DNA of 64,000 nt from Vicinamibacteria bacterium (GCA_963555995.3 OY821641.1:3456001-3520000), one strand, 5' to 3'. Shown: positions 47,422 through 57,590, counted from the first letter of the stretch. The notes: generated from the sequence alone by a model not told the origin. A program made the numbers and translations.

Positions 47422-49596
47422 GTGATGTCAAGAACCTCCGCGGCATTGCTGACCGCCCTTCTCCTTGTCCGTTGCGGCTCCGCGCCGCCACCGGCCGCGG
47501 AATCCCCCTACGAGGACCGCTCCGACTGGCCGGTCCGCGAGCAGCGGGACGAGCCCTTCGACGTGCTCCACTACCGGGTCGCCCTCGACCTCGACGAGAC
47601 CACGAAGAGCATGGACGGGACGGTGGACATCCACCTCCAGGCGGAAGAGGACATCTCGGAGGTCGCGCTGGACGCCGAGACCTACGAGGTTCGCGGGGTG
47701 CGCGCCGGCGGCGACGAACTCGACTTCACCCACGCGGACGGAACGCTCACCATCGCGCTCGCCGAGCCGCTCGCGGCAGGCCAGACGCTCGTTCTGGAGA
47801 TCGCCTACGGCGGGTCCGGAATCGACGTGGACGCGACCCAGTACGGGATGCCCGCCAGCTACGACCTCGGGCTCGACTTCAAGGACGAGACGGACGCCAA
47901 TCCCCAGCTCATCAACACCCTCTCGTTCCCCGAGGGCGCCCGCCATTGGTATCCCTCCGTGGACCACCCGGCGGACCGCGCCAGCTTCGAACTGCTCGCC
48001 ACCGTCCGCGAGGACTGGAAGGTGCTCTCGAACGGCCGGCTGTTGGGCATCACCGAGGGACCCCGCCCCGGCACCCGCACCCACCACTGGAAGCTCGACG
48101 AACCCCACCCGACCTACCTCTCGGTGCTGGTCGCCGGCCCTTACGAGGTCATCGAGGACTTCCACGGGGACATCCCGGTGAACTACTGGGTGTATCCGAA
48201 GGACGTCGAGGACGCTCACCGCAGCTTCCACAAGACGACGGCGATGATGGCCTTTTTCGACGAGGAGTTCGGCGTCCCCTACCCCTGGAACAAGTACGAC
48301 CAGATCACCATCCCCGGCATCGGCGGCGGCGCGGAGAGCACCACCGCCACCGTGCTCGGCCAGAGCACCATCCATGACGAGCGCGCCGAACAGGACTTCC
48401 CGAGCCACGGCCTCGTCGCGCACGAGGTGGCCCACCACTGGTGGGGCGACCTGACCACCTACCGCGACTGGGGCGAGACCTGGCTGACCGAGAGCTTCGG
48501 CACCTACTCGGAATACCTCTGGCACGCCCACGAACTCGGCCCCGACGAGGCCGGCGAGAACATGCGCCGGAAGCGCGAGTCCTACCTGCGCCAGGCGCAG
48601 ACGGTCCTCCGGCCGGTGGTCACGAACCAGTGGCGCCGCCCGAACGACAACTTCGACGCCCACACCTATCCGAAGGGCGCGGCGCTGATCCGGCTGCTGC
48701 GACACATCACCGGGGACGCCGAGTTCCGCGCGGGGATCCAGCACTTCCTGGAGAAGCACTCCTTCCAGCCGGTGGACACCGAGGACTTCATCACCGCCTT
48801 CGCCGAGGCCGCGGATCAGGACATCCGCTGGTTCATCGACATGTGGTTGAGGCGCCCGGGCCACCCGGTGCTTGAGATCGAGTCCGCGTGGGACGGGGAT
48901 TCCGTCGAGATGCACATCCGCCAGGTCCAGGGACCCGAGGCCAGCATGGGCACAGTCCCGGACGCGTACCGCGCTCCGCTCTCGGTGCGGGTGGTCACCG
49001 AGTCGGGTGCCGAGGTCCATCCCTTCACCCTGGAGGGCCGCGAGCAGCACCTCAGCTTCCCGGCTACGGAAGAGCCCCGCTACGTCCGGTTCGACGCGGA
49101 CGATGTGCTGCTCGCGGAGCTGGACATCACGAAGCCCGCCGCCGAGTGGATGGCCCAGCTCACCGATGACGACGCCGCCGGGCGGCGCCGGGCGGCGGTG
49201 GCGCTCGGGGAGATGGGCGGTGACGAAGCCCGGGCCGCTCTGCGTAACGCCCTCGCGGGCGATCCGTTCTGGGCGGTCCGCCAGGCGGCGGTCGGGGGGC
49301 TGGATCCTGAGGATGCGGACGACGCCCAAGCGATGCGAACGGCGGCGACCGAGGACGCGAAGTCCGACGTGCGCACCGCAGCGATCGCCCGGCTTGGCAC
49401 CTCGGTAGGAGCGGAGTTCCTGATCGAGCGCTTCCGCAACGACTCCAGCTACCGCGCCCAGGCCGCCGCGGTCACCGCCCTCGGCAAGATCGGCGGAGAC
49501 GCGGCCGCGGCGGTCCTCGAAGAAGCCGCCGCCATGGCCTCCCCCCGGGACATCGTCGCCCGCGCCGCGCGGGAGGCGCGGGGGATAGGTCAGTAG
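47422..49596 (+). CDS. M1 aminopeptidase with HEAT repeats
   Basis: AHEVAHHWWG, WLTES, YPKGA; C-terminal HEAT-like repeats. Confidence 0.92.
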   Translation: MMSRTSAALLTALLLVRCGSAPPPAAESPYEDRSDWPVREQRDEPFDVLHYRVALDLDETTKSMDGTVDIHLQAEEDISEVALDAETYEVRGVRAGGDELDFTHADGTLTIALAEPLAAGQTLVLEIAYGGSGIDVDATQYGMPASYDLGLDFKDETDANPQLINTLSFPEGARHWYPSVDHPADRASFELLATVREDWKVLSNGRLLGITEGPRPGTRTHHWKLDEPHPTYLSVLVAGPYEVIEDFHGDIPVNYWVYPKDVEDAHRSFHKTTAMMAFFDEEFGVPYPWNKYDQITIPGIGGGAESTTATVLGQSTIHDERAEQDFPSHGLVAHEVAHHWWGDLTTYRDWGETWLTESFGTYSEYLWHAHELGPDEAGENMRRKRESYLRQAQTVLRPVVTNQWRRPNDNFDAHTYPKGAALIRLLRHITGDAEFRAGIQHFLEKHSFQPVDTEDFITAFAEAADQDIRWFIDMWLRRPGHPVLEIESAWDGDSVEMHIRQVQGPEASMGTVPDAYRAPLSVRVVTESGAEVHPFTLEGREQHLSFPATEEPRYVRFDADDVLLAELDITKPAAEWMAQLTDDDAAGRRRAAVALGEMGGDEARAALRNALAGDPFWAVRQAAVGGLDPEDADDAQAMRTAATEDAKSDVRTAAIARLGTSVGAEFLIERFRNDSSYRAQAAAVTALGKIGGDAAAAVLEEAAAMASPRDIVARAAREARGIGQ

Positions 49597-49775
49597 ACAT
49601 CGTCGCTTTTCCGCCCGGACTGATTTGGAGGAGCGTGGTGGCGCGGCGTTCCTGGTCGCGGCGGAACCAAGTTGAATCGGCGGTTGAGTTCCGTCCGCAT
49701 GACTGGCTCCCGCCCCGTCTCCACGATGGCATCTTGGTCAATATCCGCCGCCTGACTTCCACGTCCCCTTGTGCG

Positions 49776-50507
49776 TCATGGCCCCCTCGCGGCGCGAAAC
49801 TCGTGGATGTTGGAGTAGGCGGACTGGCGCTCCAGGCTCGTTCGCTTGTAGCCGCGCCAGTATTCGAGGAATTCTGCCTCGGAGGCGAACACGCCGTTCC
49901 CTGCGCTGAAATCCTCCATAGTCCCGTAGATGCTTCCGATGTTGGCCGTGTTGCCGCTTCCGGCCCTGTCGCCCGCGATTCGCCACTTTTCCTGCATGAA
50001 GACTTCAACGTCATCGAATGGGACGGGGATTTGCCGCAATGTATCGAAGGAATAGATGCGGTCGCTTGTGCCCCGCTTCCCTTCGGCTCTGCTGTAGACG
50101 AAGCCAATAATCCAGTGTTGGCTGTACTGGCTATAGGGAAAGACGATGTTCTTCCCCTCGGTCTCGGGCCGGATATAGCTGGTATAACTGCCCAAGGTAT
50201 AGCGGAATCGGGATTGCCCGTTCCTGCGGTATGTCGTCTTTACATCGAGGGCTATCTTCTCCCGGTCGTCTTCGCCGCGCATCAAGCTGAAGTCCGGGTA
50301 GTGGTTCTGCTTCGTCGGCTCGACCAATTGCAGCCGGGCGCGCTCGGCATAGGATGCGACCGCTTGCCGCGCGACAATCTCGAATAGCGCGCTGATAGCC
50401 TTCGTATCGGAACCCAGCGGATAAACGCGCGCCCTGCGGTCGACAACCCCGCACAGGGAATAGCCGTTCTGGACTTCCGCAAGAGCCTTCAGGACGGAGT
50501 CCTTCAT
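49776..50507 (-). CDS. Type II restriction endonuclease, EcoRV-like
   Basis: QNHYPDF...KIALDVKTTY, TLGSYTS, KNIVFPY, HWIIGFVY and GSGNT-NIGS match recalled EcoRV motifs. Confidence 0.85.
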   Translation of the reverse strand: MKDSVLKALAEVQNGYSLCGVVDRRARVYPLGSDTKAISALFEIVARQAVASYAERARLQLVEPTKQNHYPDFSLMRGEDDREKIALDVKTTYRRNGQSRFRYTLGSYTSYIRPETEGKNIVFPYSQYSQHWIIGFVYSRAEGKRGTSDRIYSFDTLRQIPVPFDDVEVFMQEKWRIAGDRAGSGNTANIGSIYGTMEDFSAGNGVFASEAEFLEYWRGYKRTSLERQSAYSNIHEFRAARGP

Positions 50508-51439
50508 CCGACGACCAATGCTTCCGTCATGCCGTTCCGCAAATCTTCGGTCGCCCCGAGATGGTAGAAGTGGGAGAACGTCCGAATCTCATAGCCGGAG
50601 AATGCATCATGCAAACGATCATTCTTCCGATACCTGTTCTCAGACCACATTGAGTAAAGGAACGGGCACGGCAGCGCCTTCAAGTTCTCTTCCAACTGCG
50701 TCGCGTCGTCGTCCGTCCACGAATTGAAGTAGTCGGTGAAGCGGCCGGCATAAGGCGGGTCGCAATAGACAAAATCTCCTTCACGCGCTTCGCTCAGCAC
50801 GTCGTCCCAGTCGCCGCATACGAACTCCCATGCCTTGCCCGCCATGCTATCGGCCGCCCGCTGAACCTGATTGCAAATCTTCGTGATGTAGGCGGGGCGA
50901 AAGCGTTCCGGCTTCCGGCAGAACGGGGTATTGAAGCGCCCCTTCTTGTTGAAGCGCACCAAGCCGTTGAAACACGCACGATTCACGAAGAGGAAATCGT
51001 GAGGATCTCCAGTCTCGTTGAAGCGCTCCCGCACTCGATAGTAGTGCTCCTGCCCGTCATGAAGCAGGCGCGCACCTTCCTGCTCCAGGAACACCCGAAC
51101 CGAGGCGCTTGTGACGGTCCCTGCCTGTATAGCCGTATAGAAACGGATCAGGTGTGGGTTTGCGTCGCCCAGCAAGGCGCTTTGGGGCCTGATGTTGAAG
51201 GGGACGACAGCGGAACCGACGAAGGGCTCTATCCAGCGCCCGACACCGCTCCAATCGACGCTATCCCGAATGAACGGGATCGCCTTCGTCTTGATGCCCT
51301 GAATCTTGAGCGGCGGCACTTGGACGGCGCTCACGTCGCGCGTAACCCGAACCCCAGATCGCCGATAGCCTTCCGGCTGATCTGCCAGATCGAATAACAG
51401 TTGCCGTCGATTTCCAGGCGGCGCCTTGGTCGCGTGCAT
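50504..51439 (-). CDS. Dam/D12-class N6-adenine methyltransferase (M.EcoRV-like)
   Basis: EPFVGS, NRACFNGLVRFN-KG-FNTPFC, YCDPPY; ATGA-coupled to the endonuclease gene. Confidence 0.9.
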   Translation of the reverse strand: MHATKAPPGNRRQLLFDLADQPEGYRRSGVRVTRDVSAVQVPPLKIQGIKTKAIPFIRDSVDWSGVGRWIEPFVGSAVVPFNIRPQSALLGDANPHLIRFYTAIQAGTVTSASVRVFLEQEGARLLHDGQEHYYRVRERFNETGDPHDFLFVNRACFNGLVRFNKKGRFNTPFCRKPERFRPAYITKICNQVQRAADSMAGKAWEFVCGDWDDVLSEAREGDFVYCDPPYAGRFTDYFNSWTDDDATQLEENLKALPCPFLYSMWSENRYRKNDRLHDAFSGYEIRTFSHFYHLGATEDLRNGMTEALVVG

Positions 51440-51468
51440 GATCGTTTCAGCCGTTTCTCCTGTTTATT

Positions 51469-52905
51469 CTAACCGGGGATCCGACAAATTGTGTCATTCA
51501 GGCAATTGTCGCTGCCGCCCTTTCCGCGGCCGTGGCAGTAGAGGCTGGCCGGAAGGACGCGCAGCGTCCCCGGGCCGGGCCAATCCACCGTCGCCGGGCC
51601 GAAAGTCGGCGTCGTGAGGGTGACGGACGCCTTCGGATGGCGTCGTGCGAATTCCGCCAGCCCGGCAAGTTCCTGCGGCCGGCGTGCGAATCGATCCGAC
51701 CACTTGACCTCGACGGCGCGGTCGGGCTTCCAGCCCGGGCCAAGCTGGACGAAATCCACTTCGCCCTCGCTGCCGCGTTCCCGCCAGCGGGCGTAGTGGA
51801 GTTCGGTGCCGGCGGCGAAGTGCTGTGCGAAGACCGCCGTCTCGACCAGGCGTCCCATCGCTTCGTCGTCCGGCCCCACGGGGCCGAAGAGCGCGCTTCG
51901 CAGCGACGGCGTCGCGAGGTACGCCTTGAAGTGGTTCGCCCGCTGGAAGCGCCGGCCGGACGCGTCAATCCGGCGCAGCCTCCGGATCAGGAAGGTCGCT
52001 TCCAGGTACTGGAGATACCGGCTGAGCGTCGGTTTGCTGACGCCGGACTGTTTCGACAGGGCGTCCATTGAGACCTCGCGCCCGGTGCTCTCGGCCAGCA
52101 TCGTGAACAGCGCGGCGAGCTCGGACACGTCCTGGACGCCGTAGAGCTGGGCGAGATCGCGCGTCAGCACCTTCCGCACGACGTCGAGCCCGATGGTGCG
52201 GTGCGGATCAGCGCGCGCGGCGGGCGCGAGAAACGCTTCGGGGAATCCCCCGAAGTTGAGGTAGTCGAGGAAATGGCGGTTCCACGCGGCGATCTCGGCG
52301 GCGGGCAGCGGGGAGTCCCCCGGCTCCGCCGGGAGCGCCGCACCCTGTAGATCCAGGAATTCGCGGAAGCTGAGCGGCGGCAGCAGGAAATCGGTGAAGC
52401 GTCCGGCCCCGGACTCGGCGCTCCGGAGCCGTAGCGCCGCCGCCGCCGAACCGGACGCCACGCAGCGAACGCCGGGATGGGTGTCCACGAACGCCTTCAG
52501 GTGGCGTTCCCAGCCAGCGAGGTACGGGACCTCGTCGAGGGCGAGCACGCGAAGCTCGCCGCGCCCGCCCGCCGCTTCGCGGGCTTCCTCGACGAGTTCC
52601 TCCAGCGACAGCCGGGTGTAGAGCGGCTGATCCAGCGAGAGGTAGCAGATCTCCCGCGGCCGATAGAGGTCCCGCTCCAGCAGGCTGGCGATCCACTGGT
52701 GGAGCAGCACGGTCTTGCCGACCCGCCGCGGTCCCATCAGGAGCACCGCCCGCCGGATCCCGGTTTCCTCGGCGAGCCGGGCGAAGTGCGCGAACCGGCC
52801 CCGCCGCTTCATGGCGGCGTAGTCGGGGCGGATGGCGCCGGTCTCCCACCAGGGGTTCTCGCGGCGCATCAGGCGGTGGACCGGCGAGATTGGCTGCGGG
52901 GTCAT
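51469..52905 (-). CDS. AAA_14/DUF4143-type ATPase with C-terminal PD-(D/E)xK-like domain
   Basis: NPWW, GPRRVGKT, LDEV, ESGAGRF, GGFPE, EVDFV...VEVK. Confidence 0.88.
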   Translation of the reverse strand: MTPQPISPVHRLMRRENPWWETGAIRPDYAAMKRRGRFAHFARLAEETGIRRAVLLMGPRRVGKTVLLHQWIASLLERDLYRPREICYLSLDQPLYTRLSLEELVEEAREAAGGRGELRVLALDEVPYLAGWERHLKAFVDTHPGVRCVASGSAAAALRLRSAESGAGRFTDFLLPPLSFREFLDLQGAALPAEPGDSPLPAAEIAAWNRHFLDYLNFGGFPEAFLAPAARADPHRTIGLDVVRKVLTRDLAQLYGVQDVSELAALFTMLAESTGREVSMDALSKQSGVSKPTLSRYLQYLEATFLIRRLRRIDASGRRFQRANHFKAYLATPSLRSALFGPVGPDDEAMGRLVETAVFAQHFAAGTELHYARWRERGSEGEVDFVQLGPGWKPDRAVEVKWSDRFARRPQELAGLAEFARRHPKASVTLTTPTFGPATVDWPGPGTLRVLPASLYCHGRGKGGSDNCLNDTICRIPG

Positions 52906-53058
52906 GGTCCGCAACCTACTTGGCGTCGGTGGCTGGTGTCAAGTAAGACAAGACCTCTTTTCTTGTCAGGACGCACGGCTACGTGTTGCCGCCTGGGAAC
53001 CCTCGGGTAGAGTCAGAAGCCTGACAGGCGCCGGATTCGGGTCGCCGAGGAAACCGCC

Positions 53059-53358
53059 ATGGTCAAGCTGAAAGCGAGCGAGTTGACCGCGCTGGCCCTG
53101 GAGCGCCTCTCGGGGGCGGACATCGGCGAACGCGTGGTGATCGCCAGGAACCGCGCTCCCGATATTGAGTTGGTGCGGTGTCAGCCCGAGCGGCGTCGAG
53201 GTGGGATTGACTTCGGCCGTCTCCGCGAGATTCGTCAGCAGTTGGGAATCCGAGATCAGACGCCCGAGGAGATCGCGGTTTGGGAAAACGATTTCAGCGA
53301 CCCCGCGTTCAGCCGCGAAGTCCTTGGCGTCGGAGATGACTGGGATCCAACACGCTGA
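53059..53358 (+). CDS. Phd/YefM-like antitoxin, apparently orphan
   Basis: KASEL...LER...GERVVIARN; GAGG RBS. Confidence 0.65.
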   Translation: MVKLKASELTALALERLSGADIGERVVIARNRAPDIELVRCQPERRRGGIDFGRLREIRQQLGIRDQTPEEIAVWENDFSDPAFSREVLGVGDDWDPTR

Positions 53359-53521
53359 TTCCCGGGGACGGCCCGCCCGATAGGCGAAACCGGGAGCGGG
53401 CGTCCTCTCGCTGAGCCGCTCGCTGGCTGCTTGCGGTTGCTGCTGAGCAGAAAATACGTGCGATTGCACAGCAAGTTATACTTGTAACCGTTACGGCTCA
53501 CGGCTGCCGGAGGTGTGAGCG

Positions 53522-55153
53522 ATGGCCACCGCGCGTGAACGGCTCGCCGCCTCCCTCGAGGTCCTGGAGCGGTTGCAACGGGACGGCCGGCGCGTCTTCC
53601 ACACCGGAGAGTTGACGCGGGTCCACCGGGAGCGGCTGGTGGCGAACGGCTACCTGCGGCGGGTGACGAACGGTTGGCTGATCTCGTCGGCTCCGGGGAC
53701 GGCTCCGAACGATCCGACGCCCTGGTACTCGGCCTTCCGGGAGTTCTGCGCGCGCTATTGCGAGCGGCGGTTCGGGACGCGCTGGTGGTTGTCCGCCGAA
53801 CTGTCCGCCCTGTTGCACGGTGGAAACACCGCCATTCCGGAGCAGGTGGTGGTGCACGCCCCCGAAGGCGGCAACAACCGCATCGCGCTTCCCTTCGGCA
53901 CGGCGCTCTTCGATGTCCGGGATCGGCGGGAGCCGGGACCGGGGGAGGTCCTCGAAACGGATGGCCTCCGGCTGCTCGCTCCGGCCAGCGCGGCGGTTCG
54001 CGTGTCGGCGGCGTTCTTCCGGGCCCATCCGGTGGAAGCCGAGGTCCTGTTGTCCGCGGTCCGGGATGCGTCCCAGGTTCTGGTCCCGCTGCTGGACGGC
54101 GGCCGTTCCGTGGTGGCGGGTCGCCTCGCGGGCGCCTTTCGCCGGGTGGGGCGGCCCGAGGTAGCCGAGGAAATCGTCCGCGCGATGCAGGCGGCCGGTC
54201 AGGTGGTCCGGGAGACGGACCCGTTCGATGCCGGGGTCGTGTCGTCGGGGCTCTCGACGCTGCATCCAGCCGCAGCGCGCCTGAGGGCGCTCTGGGAGCG
54301 TTTCCGGGAACCCGTGCGGGAGGCGTTTCCGCCGGCCCCCGGGTTGTCGCGGAGCGCCGAGACTGTGCTCCTTGAAGTGGACGAGATCTACCGGACTGAT
54401 GCGTACCACTCCCTGTCCATCGAGGGGTACCGGGTCTCGCCGGAACTCGTGGAGCGGGTGCGGAGCGGGAAGTGGGACCCCGAGGGAGCGGATCGCGGGC
54501 AGCGGGACGCGTTGGCCGCCTTCGGCTACTGGGGCGCGTTCCGCCGCGTCCGCGACGCCGTGGCCCGGCTGCTCGCGGGAGAGGCGGCAGCGAAGCTCGC
54601 CCGGGCCGAACACCAGGAGTGGCAGCGGGAGCTGTTCGCGCCGTCGGTCACCGCGGGCATCCTCCCGGCCCACGCCCTCGCCGGGTACCGGACGCACCCG
54701 GTGTACATCCGCGGCTCTCGGTACGTCCCACCGCGAGCGGACGCCGTGGTGGATGCGATGGGGACGCTGTTCGATCTCCTGGAGGGGGAGCCGGAGCCGT
54801 CGGTCCGCGCGGTGCTCGGGCACTGGGCGCTTGGCGCCGTCCACCCGTGGCCCGACGGCAACGGCCGGATGGCGCGGTTCCTGATGAACCTGATGCTGTG
54901 TTCGGGGGGGTATCCGTGGACGGTGATCCGGGTGGAACACCGCGCCGAGTACATGGCGGCGCTGGACGAGGCGAGCAGCGGCCAGCGCATCGAGCCGTTT
55001 GCGCGCTTTCTGGCCGCGCGGGTCGCGTCCGGGCTCGATGACTTCCGTTTCGTCGGAGCGGGTAGCGGCGAGGCGGCCCCCGACGGCCCGGTATCGGAAC
55101 GCCACGACGCGTTCCTGACCGATGCGATTTCGGCGCGCTTTCAGCGGCGGTGA
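53522..55153 (+). CDS. Large Fic-domain protein
   Basis: AYHSLSIEGY and Fic motif HPWPDGNGRMAR; GGAGG RBS. Confidence 0.9.
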   Translation: MATARERLAASLEVLERLQRDGRRVFHTGELTRVHRERLVANGYLRRVTNGWLISSAPGTAPNDPTPWYSAFREFCARYCERRFGTRWWLSAELSALLHGGNTAIPEQVVVHAPEGGNNRIALPFGTALFDVRDRREPGPGEVLETDGLRLLAPASAAVRVSAAFFRAHPVEAEVLLSAVRDASQVLVPLLDGGRSVVAGRLAGAFRRVGRPEVAEEIVRAMQAAGQVVRETDPFDAGVVSSGLSTLHPAAARLRALWERFREPVREAFPPAPGLSRSAETVLLEVDEIYRTDAYHSLSIEGYRVSPELVERVRSGKWDPEGADRGQRDALAAFGYWGAFRRVRDAVARLLAGEAAAKLARAEHQEWQRELFAPSVTAGILPAHALAGYRTHPVYIRGSRYVPPRADAVVDAMGTLFDLLEGEPEPSVRAVLGHWALGAVHPWPDGNGRMARFLMNLMLCSGGYPWTVIRVEHRAEYMAALDEASSGQRIEPFARFLAARVASGLDDFRFVGAGSGEAAPDGPVSERHDAFLTDAISARFQRR

Positions 55154-55192
55154 TCGTTCCCGACCCGTTCCGCGTCTTCGCCGCCCGCCGGT

Positions 55193-55343
55193 TGGAGCCT
55201 GTGTGATTCAGACCGTCCGAACCTATGTGATTCAGGCGGTCGGCGACCCCGAGCCTATGTGATTCGCGCGGTCGGTGGCTCCGAACCTATGTGATTCGCG
55301 CCGTCTGCGTCCCGAGCCTATGTGATTCAGGCGGTCTGCGGCT
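55193..55343. repeat. Tandem array of ~32-bp units
   Basis: Core CCGA(A/G)CCTATGTGATTC at 55217, 55249, 55281 and 55312, plus a degenerate copy at 55193. Confidence 0.9.
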
Positions 55344-55371
55344 CCGGCGCCAGAAGCCTGCATGGCGCGTC

Positions 55372-55537
55372 GGCTTGGAGCGCCGGCTTCAGCCGGCACC
55401 CGCTGCGCGGAGCGCAGCGGACTGCACGACGCTGACCCGCACGACGGCGTTCGGCTCTCGGTCCACCACCGCGAGCAGCGGCACGACATCCGCGGGCCTA
55501 CGGCCCGCTGTGCCGGCTGAAGCCGGCGCTCCAAGCC
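55372..55537. repeat. REPIN-like element, type B interior
   Basis: Same terminal REP pair as type A, different interior. Confidence 0.88.
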
Positions 55538-55631
55538 GGCAGTGCCATCACGACGATCAGAATTTCGCCGAGACTGGATTCTCGCGGCAACGGCTGGGGC
55601 GCCTACCCGGATACGATTGCGCGCCCGATTC

Positions 55632-57590
55632 ATGTCTCGCCTGCTGACTCTGCTCCTTTGCGGCGCCTCGCTGGTGGTGGCGTCTGTGGCGGGGGCGCAG
55701 GGTGGCGGGGACCGGTTCCAGTGGCCGTCGTTCCGGGGGCCGCTGGCTTCCGGGGTCGCGGACGGGCAGGACCCGCCGACGCTCTGGGACGCGCAAACCG
55801 GGCACAACGTGCTCTGGAAGACCCCGGTTCCGGGGCTCGGGCACTCGAGCCCGGTGATCTGGGACGACCGGATCTTCGTGACCACCGCGGTCAGCGACGA
55901 TCCCGATCCGGTCTTCCGCTACGGCCCGGACGGGCGGATGGACCGGCGCTCCGACCGGGAGCGGAACACCTGGTTCGTCTATGCCATTGATCGCCACGGC
56001 GGCGACGTGCTGTGGGTGCGCGAAGCGGTCGCCGAGGCCCCGGAGATCCAGCGGCATCCCAAGAACAGCTACGCGTCGGCCACGCCGGCCACCGACGGGA
56101 AGCACGTCGCGGTGCTGATCGCCACCGGCAACCTCTTCCTCTACGACTTCGACGGCGTGCTGCTCTGGGAGGCGGACCTCGGTCCGCTGGACTCGGGCGC
56201 CTCCTACGACGACACCTACCAGTGGGGGGCGGCCAGCTCTCCGATCATCTGGGAGAACCTGGTGATCGTGCAGGCCGACCAGCAGGAGGGCTCCTTCATC
56301 GCCGCCTTCGACGTGGCGAGCGGCGACGAGGTCTGGCGGACCGAGCGGGACCTGATCTCCGCGTTCTCGACGCCGACCGTCCACGCGGGACCCGAGCGGA
56401 CCGAACTGATCACGAACGGCGCCGGCACCATGTTCGGCTACGACCCCGCGACCGGCGAAGAGCTCTGGCGCATGTCGGGCAGTTCGAACAACACCACCCC
56501 GACCCCGGTGGTGGACGGCGGGCTGATCTACCTGACGAGCGGCTACCGGATCCGCCCGATCTTCGCCATCCGCACGGGCGCCACCGGCGACATCTCGCTG
56601 GCGGAGGGGGCGAACTCCAACGACCACGTCGCCTGGAGTTCGCCCCGCGACGGGCCGTACATGGCCTCGCCGCTCGTGTACCGGGGCTATCTCTACGTGG
56701 TCGCGACGAACGGGGTCCTCACCGTCTTCGACGCCGCGACCGGCGAGCGGGCGTACCGGCGGCGGATCGGCCAGCGGGGCGGCGCCTACACCGCTTCGCC
56801 CATCGCGGCCGACGGCCGCATCTACCTGACCAGCGAGGACGGCGACATCTTCGTCATCCGCGCCGGTCCCGAGTACGAAGAACTCGCGATGAACTCGATG
56901 GACGAGGTGTGCCTCGCCACCCCGGCGATCTCCGAAGGGCAGCTCATCATCCGCACGACGAACCACCTGGTGGCCCTCTCGGACGGCATCGCCCCGACGA
57001 TGGCCGCGTCGAAGCCGTCCGCGACCCCCTTCCCGGAGAACCTGGCCAACGACCAGGTCCTCCCGTTCGACGACTTCGAGGACGGCGACCTCTTCGCCCA
57101 CACCGGGGTCCGCTGGCACACGTTCACGAACGGCGTCTCGAGCGCCGACCTCTCGCTCGCCGCCGGCGGCGCCGCCTCGACGCCCTCGGCGGCGCGCGTG
57201 GACGGCGCCCTGGCAAGCGGCGCCGCGCGCGGCCCGCTCGCCCAGATGTACCAGCCCTTCGACCGCGGCGGGAACCCGGTCAGCCTGGCGAACCTGGGCG
57301 GCATCCGGTTCCACGTCCGCGGAAGCCACACCTTCGAACTGACCTTCCGCTGCAGCGGGGTGGACTTCGGCAAGGAGATCGAGGTCTCCCGCGAGTGGCG
57401 ATCCGTGGAAGTCGGCGCGGACGAACTGAAGCCGGTGGCGGTGCCCGAAGGCGCCGCCCTCTGGGACGGTGCGCGCTGCACCGGGCTCTACCTCTCGCGC
57501 CGCGGCGAAGCGGAGCTGGGCGAGTTCTGGTTCGAAGTGGACGAGTTCACCCTCTACGGCGAAGACGCCTGGGAATCGAGGCCCCGCTAG
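55632..57590 (+). CDS. Secreted PQQ-type beta-propeller protein with C-terminal CIA30/CBM11-like domain
   Basis: WPSFRGP, SSPVIW, ATPATDG, ASPL repeats; C-terminal DDFEDG...GIRFHVRG...FEVDE. Confidence 0.8.
   Translation: MSRLLTLLLCGASLVVASVAGAQGGGDRFQWPSFRGPLASGVADGQDPPTLWDAQTGHNVLWKTPVPGLGHSSPVIWDDRIFVTTAVSDDPDPVFRYGPDGRMDRRSDRERNTWFVYAIDRHGGDVLWVREAVAEAPEIQRHPKNSYASATPATDGKHVAVLIATGNLFLYDFDGVLLWEADLGPLDSGASYDDTYQWGAASSPIIWENLVIVQADQQEGSFIAAFDVASGDEVWRTERDLISAFSTPTVHAGPERTELITNGAGTMFGYDPATGEELWRMSGSSNNTTPTPVVDGGLIYLTSGYRIRPIFAIRTGATGDISLAEGANSNDHVAWSSPRDGPYMASPLVYRGYLYVVATNGVLTVFDAATGERAYRRRIGQRGGAYTASPIAADGRIYLTSEDGDIFVIRAGPEYEELAMNSMDEVCLATPAISEGQLIIRTTNHLVALSDGIAPTMAASKPSATPFPENLANDQVLPFDDFEDGDLFAHTGVRWHTFTNGVSSADLSLAAGGAASTPSAARVDGALASGAARGPLAQMYQPFDRGGNPVSLANLGGIRFHVRGSHTFELTFRCSGVDFGKEIEVSREWRSVEVGADELKPVAVPEGAALWDGARCTGLYLSRRGEAELGEFWFEVDEFTLYGEDAWESRPR

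Noticed and set aside
49597-49775. Possible displaced ATPase C-terminus or direct repeat flanking the R-M cassette
   Set aside because: Only weak GC-rich similarity to 51510-51540; no convincing frame or repeat
55193-55343. CRISPR or TIGR array interpretation of the 32-bp repeats
   Set aside because: Linkers are only 14-15 nt and resemble each other; no cas or Nop-domain gene is recognisable in the window
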